A stretch of DNA of 64,000 bases from Bacilli bacterium (GTDB taxonomy: Bacteria; Bacillota_I; Bacilli_A; RF39; UBA660): contig CAAGHO010000018.1 of NCBI GenBank assembly GCA_900769695.1, forward strand, positions 52,790-116,789. Direction: 5' to 3'. Position 1 is the stretch's first letter. Each line of letters starts with the position of its first letter. The notes beneath the pieces were generated by a model that saw only the letters and a program-made list of their open reading frames with translations, was not told where the DNA came from and did no database searches. Below are positions 59,801-64,000 of the stretch, piece by piece. The translations under genes were made by a program, and so were the position numbers.

Positions 59801-60141
59801 TGGTGGAGCTGAGGAGAATCGAACTCCTGTCCAAAAATACCAATACATAAACTTCTACAAGTTTAGTTAACTAATTAAATTTGCCTACTATTCAAGTAAT
59901 TAACGACCAAAATAATAAGCTAGTCTATAAAATTCATTCTAGCTATAGACATTACTAAAATATAATCTACATAATTAAATCTTAGCTATTTCCTGTAGAT
60001 AAAAAATAGTAAGATGCTTTGCATTTAATTAAGCAAAAGCTAATTGATTTCTGTTTCCAGTTATATTTAATTTTGCTTGTAACGTAAGCGTACGACTTGC
60101 CATCTATGCTTAAATATTCCTGTCGAAACCATGTCAGCCCC
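59801..60141 (-). ncRNA. ssrA: tmRNA (SsrA), predicted tag (A)KLNITGNRNQLAFA
   Basis: 5' end GGGGCUGACAUGGUUUCGACAGG... and 3' end ...GGACAGGAGUUCGAUUCUCCUCAGCUCCACCA (tRNA-Ala-like acceptor/T-arm). Internal ORF GCA AAA UUA AAU AUA ACU GGA AAC AGA AAU CAA UUA GCU UUU GCU UAA; smpB lies immediately upstream. Confidence 0.9.
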
Positions 60142-60228
60142 ATATGAGTAGATTATATCATAAAACAGCTAAAAAGAAAAGACACATTTAAATGGTAATT
60201 ATTGTAATATTGATACAAAAAATATTAT

Positions 60229-60669
60229 TTAATACCTATTCTTTAATGTCTTTTCTAAATTCCTTTTGATATCTCTTTCTTTAATTGATTCCCTTTTATC
60301 ATAATTTTTCTTACCACGACAAATACCTAATTCAACTTTTAATATATTATTTTTAAAATATAATTTTAAAGGAACAATAGTAAATCCCTGTAATTCTATT
60401 TTATCCTCAATCTTCTTTATTTCCTTTTTATGTAGTAACAATTTTCTTGTACGAGTTTCATCATGATTAAAAATATTACCTTCTTTATATTGAGAAACAA
60501 ACATATTAAGTAAAAACACTTCATGGTTTTTTATTATTCCATAACTATCCTTTATATTGGCATTACCTTCTCTAATTGATTTTATTTCAGTACCAGTTAG
60601 CTCTATTCCAGCTTCATATGTATCTTCTATAAAATAATCATGTCTTGCTTTTCTATTTAATATTTCCAT
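60229..60669 (-). CDS. smpB: SsrA-binding protein SmpB
   Basis: ARHDYFIEDTYEAGIELTGTEIKSIR..; 146 aa. Confidence 0.9.
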   Translation of the reverse strand: MEILNRKARHDYFIEDTYEAGIELTGTEIKSIREGNANIKDSYGIIKNHEVFLLNMFVSQYKEGNIFNHDETRTRKLLLHKKEIKKIEDKIELQGFTIVPLKLYFKNNILKVELGICRGKKNYDKRESIKERDIKRNLEKTLKNRY

Positions 60670-60696
60670 GACCTAGCCCTCCTTTAATTAAATAAT

Positions 60697-62814
60697 TTAT
60701 AATTTTCTTACAACCTCAAAGTCTATCATCTTTTCTTCTTTAGAAGCACGAACCACTTTTACGACAACTCTTTCACCAATTGTATATTTAACATGGCTTC
60801 TTTCACCCGTTAAAGTCATTCTTTCTTCATCATAATGGAAGAAATCATTCATATCTTTAATTGGAACAAGTCCTTCTATTAAATTATCTAGTTCTACAAA
60901 CATACCAAAATTAGTTACTGTAGAAATCATTCCTTCAAACTCTTCACCAATATGTTTTTCCATATACTCTGCCATTTTCATGTCTTCAACTTCGCGTTCA
61001 CAGTCAACACTTGCTCTTTCACGTGATGAAGAATGTTCAGCTACATATACTAGCTTTTCATCCCAATGTCTAATTGTATCACTAGACATATCATGATTAA
61101 ATAAGTATGTTCTTAATAAACGATGAACAGTAGTATCAGGATATCTTCTAATAGGAGATGTAAAATGTGTATAACATGAACTTGCTAAACCATAATGTCC
61201 TATATTTTCCTTTTGATAAATAGCCTTTTGCATACTTCTAAGTAATAGTTCAGATAATATCTTAAATTCTTTTTTATCAGATAAATATTCTATTAATTTT
61301 TGCATTGACTTTGGTTTAAAGTCTTTTATATTACCAGGTATTTGATAACCTAAATTACCAATAAATGAAAGATAACTTCTTATTTTTTCTTCTTTTGGCA
61401 TATCATGAACACGATAAATAAATGGTAAATTCATGAAATAAATATGAGTTGCGACACACTCGTTAGCTGCAATCATAAAATCTTCAATTAACATTTCACC
61501 TGTTCCTCTATTTCTTAATACAACATCTGTAGGAACACAATTTTCATCTACCAATATTTTTGCTTCATCAACATCAAAATCTATATAACCACGTCTTACT
61601 TTCATCGCTCTTAAGATATCAGCAAGTTCTTTCATTAATCTTAAATCATTTGCAAAATCATCATAACCATCTGGAATTACATTATCTTCTAAGATGCTAT
61701 TAACCTTCTTATATGTCATTTGAATTCTTGACCTAATTACACTTGGAAAAATATCGTATTTAATTTGTTTTCCATTACTATCAAATTCCATTACACAAGA
61801 AATCGCAAGTCTATCAACATTTGGATTTAAGGAACATATTCCGTTAGAAAGTTCATGAGGTAACATCGGAATAACTCTATCCACAAGATATACACTAGTA
61901 CCACGTTCCATAGCCTCATCATCTAGTGGGCTTCCTTCTTTAACATAATAAGAAACATCAGCGATATGAACACCTAATTCATAGTGGCCATTAGAAAGTT
62001 TTCTAATTGAAATAGCATCATCAATATCTTTTGTATCATCACCATCAATTGTAAAGATAACAGTATCACGTAAATCACGTCTACCTTTTAGTTCTTCTTC
62101 ACTAACTTCCATAGGCATATTCTTTACTTGTTCTTTTACATCATCTGGAAAATCAACATTTATATTATATTTATAAATTATAGATAAGATATCAACTCCC
62201 GGATCATTTTTATGACCTATTATTTCAACTACTTTTCCTTGGTATTTATGATTATTAATCTTTTTACCAAGTTCAACAACAACTTTATGACCATCTACCG
62301 CATTTAAAGAATCTTCTTTTTTTACTTCTATTTCTACTTTTACTTTTTTATCATCTAAAACAACATACCCATTATTTTTTCTAAAATTAATTTCCCCTAC
62401 ATATCTAGTCACTGGTCTTTTAACAACACGTAAAACTCTTCCTTCTACATCTTTTGCAGTTTTTTTACTAATAATTTCAACTAGAACAATATCACCATGA
62501 ATAGCTCCATTTAAATTTTCAGTACTAATATAGATATCCTCTTCTCTATCATCTACCTCTACAAAACCAAAACCTTTTTTATTTACACGCATTATTCCTT
62601 TTAATAAATGACTATCTTCAAGTAACATATATTTATTCTTATTAGTATGATATACAATAAAATCATTTTCTAAATTAGTAAGTGTTTCATTTAATTCTTT
62701 TATATCTTGAATTGAAGAAATACTTAATAAATCTTTTAATTCATATATAGATAGTGCTTTATCGCTTTTCTTTAATATTTTAATAATCTTTTCTTTCACT
62801 ATAATCACCTTCAT
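60697..62814 (-). CDS. rnr: Ribonuclease R
   Basis: N-terminal HTH/cold-shock, central RNB domain (DIDDAISI), C-terminal S1 (GMISTVTNFGMFVEL). Confidence 0.9.
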   Translation of the reverse strand: MKVIIVKEKIIKILKKSDKALSIYELKDLLSISSIQDIKELNETLTNLENDFIVYHTNKNKYMLLEDSHLLKGIMRVNKKGFGFVEVDDREEDIYISTENLNGAIHGDIVLVEIISKKTAKDVEGRVLRVVKRPVTRYVGEINFRKNNGYVVLDDKKVKVEIEVKKEDSLNAVDGHKVVVELGKKINNHKYQGKVVEIIGHKNDPGVDILSIIYKYNINVDFPDDVKEQVKNMPMEVSEEELKGRRDLRDTVIFTIDGDDTKDIDDAISIRKLSNGHYELGVHIADVSYYVKEGSPLDDEAMERGTSVYLVDRVIPMLPHELSNGICSLNPNVDRLAISCVMEFDSNGKQIKYDIFPSVIRSRIQMTYKKVNSILEDNVIPDGYDDFANDLRLMKELADILRAMKVRRGYIDFDVDEAKILVDENCVPTDVVLRNRGTGEMLIEDFMIAANECVATHIYFMNLPFIYRVHDMPKEEKIRSYLSFIGNLGYQIPGNIKDFKPKSMQKLIEYLSDKKEFKILSELLLRSMQKAIYQKENIGHYGLASSCYTHFTSPIRRYPDTTVHRLLRTYLFNHDMSSDTIRHWDEKLVYVAEHSSSRERASVDCEREVEDMKMAEYMEKHIGEEFEGMISTVTNFGMFVELDNLIEGLVPIKDMNDFFHYDEERMTLTGERSHVKYTIGERVVVKVVRASKEEKMIDFEVVRKL

Positions 62815-62867
62815 TTTATTCTTATATCTTTATTATATAAAAAAAAAGACCAAATTAATAGTCTTTT

Positions 62868-63086
62868 TTAATTTATAAATGATGATACTAGTGAAATAAT
62901 GAAAAATGCCAATCCCAAACATAAAGTAATTCTACTTATTACTAACTCAGAACCTCTTTCTTTTCTTTTAGAAAATAAGTCTGATGTATTTCCACTTAGA
63001 ATTTGAGCAGCACCTTCTGCTTTTCCACTTTGTAATAAGACAATAATAATTAATAATATTGAAATAATTAATAATGCTACTTCCAT
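62868..63086 (-). CDS. secG: Preprotein translocase subunit SecG
   Basis: 72 aa, 2 TM, LLQSGKAEG motif. Confidence 0.7.
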   Translation of the reverse strand: MEVALLIISILLIIIVLLQSGKAEGAAQILSGNTSDLFSKRKERGSELVISRITLCLGLAFFIISLVSSFIN

Positions 63087-63192
63087 TAGATTGCCTCCTT
63101 TAAATAACTACAAATATTCTAACATAAAACAAACAGTTTTTCAACAAAAATAAACCATCTTAGTACTAACTAAAATGGTTTACTGCTTATTA

Positions 63193-64000
<808 letters not shown>

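Overview
This is an AT-rich (about 28-30% GC) chromosomal segment from a low-GC, spore-forming Firmicute; Spo0A, SpoIID/LytB-like, CwlD-like, Coat-F and LysM genes are all present. The conserved core is the S10-spc-alpha ribosomal-protein superoperon on the minus strand (rpsJ at 40424 down to rplQ at 26337). It continues into a degenerate ecfA-ecfA-truA-rplM-rpsI block. Other housekeeping genes are cdaA-cdaR, spo0A, def, tRNA-Thr, ssrA (tmRNA), smpB, rnr, secG and a partial eno. Accessory DNA surrounds and interrupts this core. A minimal type VIIb secretion locus (EssC and EsaB/YukD, plus an amidase and a holin-like gene) sits directly downstream of rpsI. A SipW-type signal-peptidase locus has the SipW catalytic domain fused to an 8-TM domain and encodes SipW-cognate secreted proteins, one carrying a PD-repeat linker and a CBM2-like domain. 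There are abortive-infection genes: a partial AbiEi, and an Abi_2 (AbiD/F-like) gene translationally coupled to htrA. A DinB-like polymerase and a DUF4143 AAA ATPase are wedged between the S10 promoter and spo0A. Next to ssrA lies a roughly 1.6 kb island remnant bounded by about 75-nt direct repeats of the ssrA 3' flank. It carries an XRE regulator with a perfect palindromic operator. Immediately beside it is a tightly packed operon encoding an HTH-WYL regulator, a double-SIS protein and a divergent Ham1/ITPase-like protein. This operon is the best candidate here for an undescribed regulated, possibly defence-related, module. No CRISPR arrays and no rRNA genes were seen.
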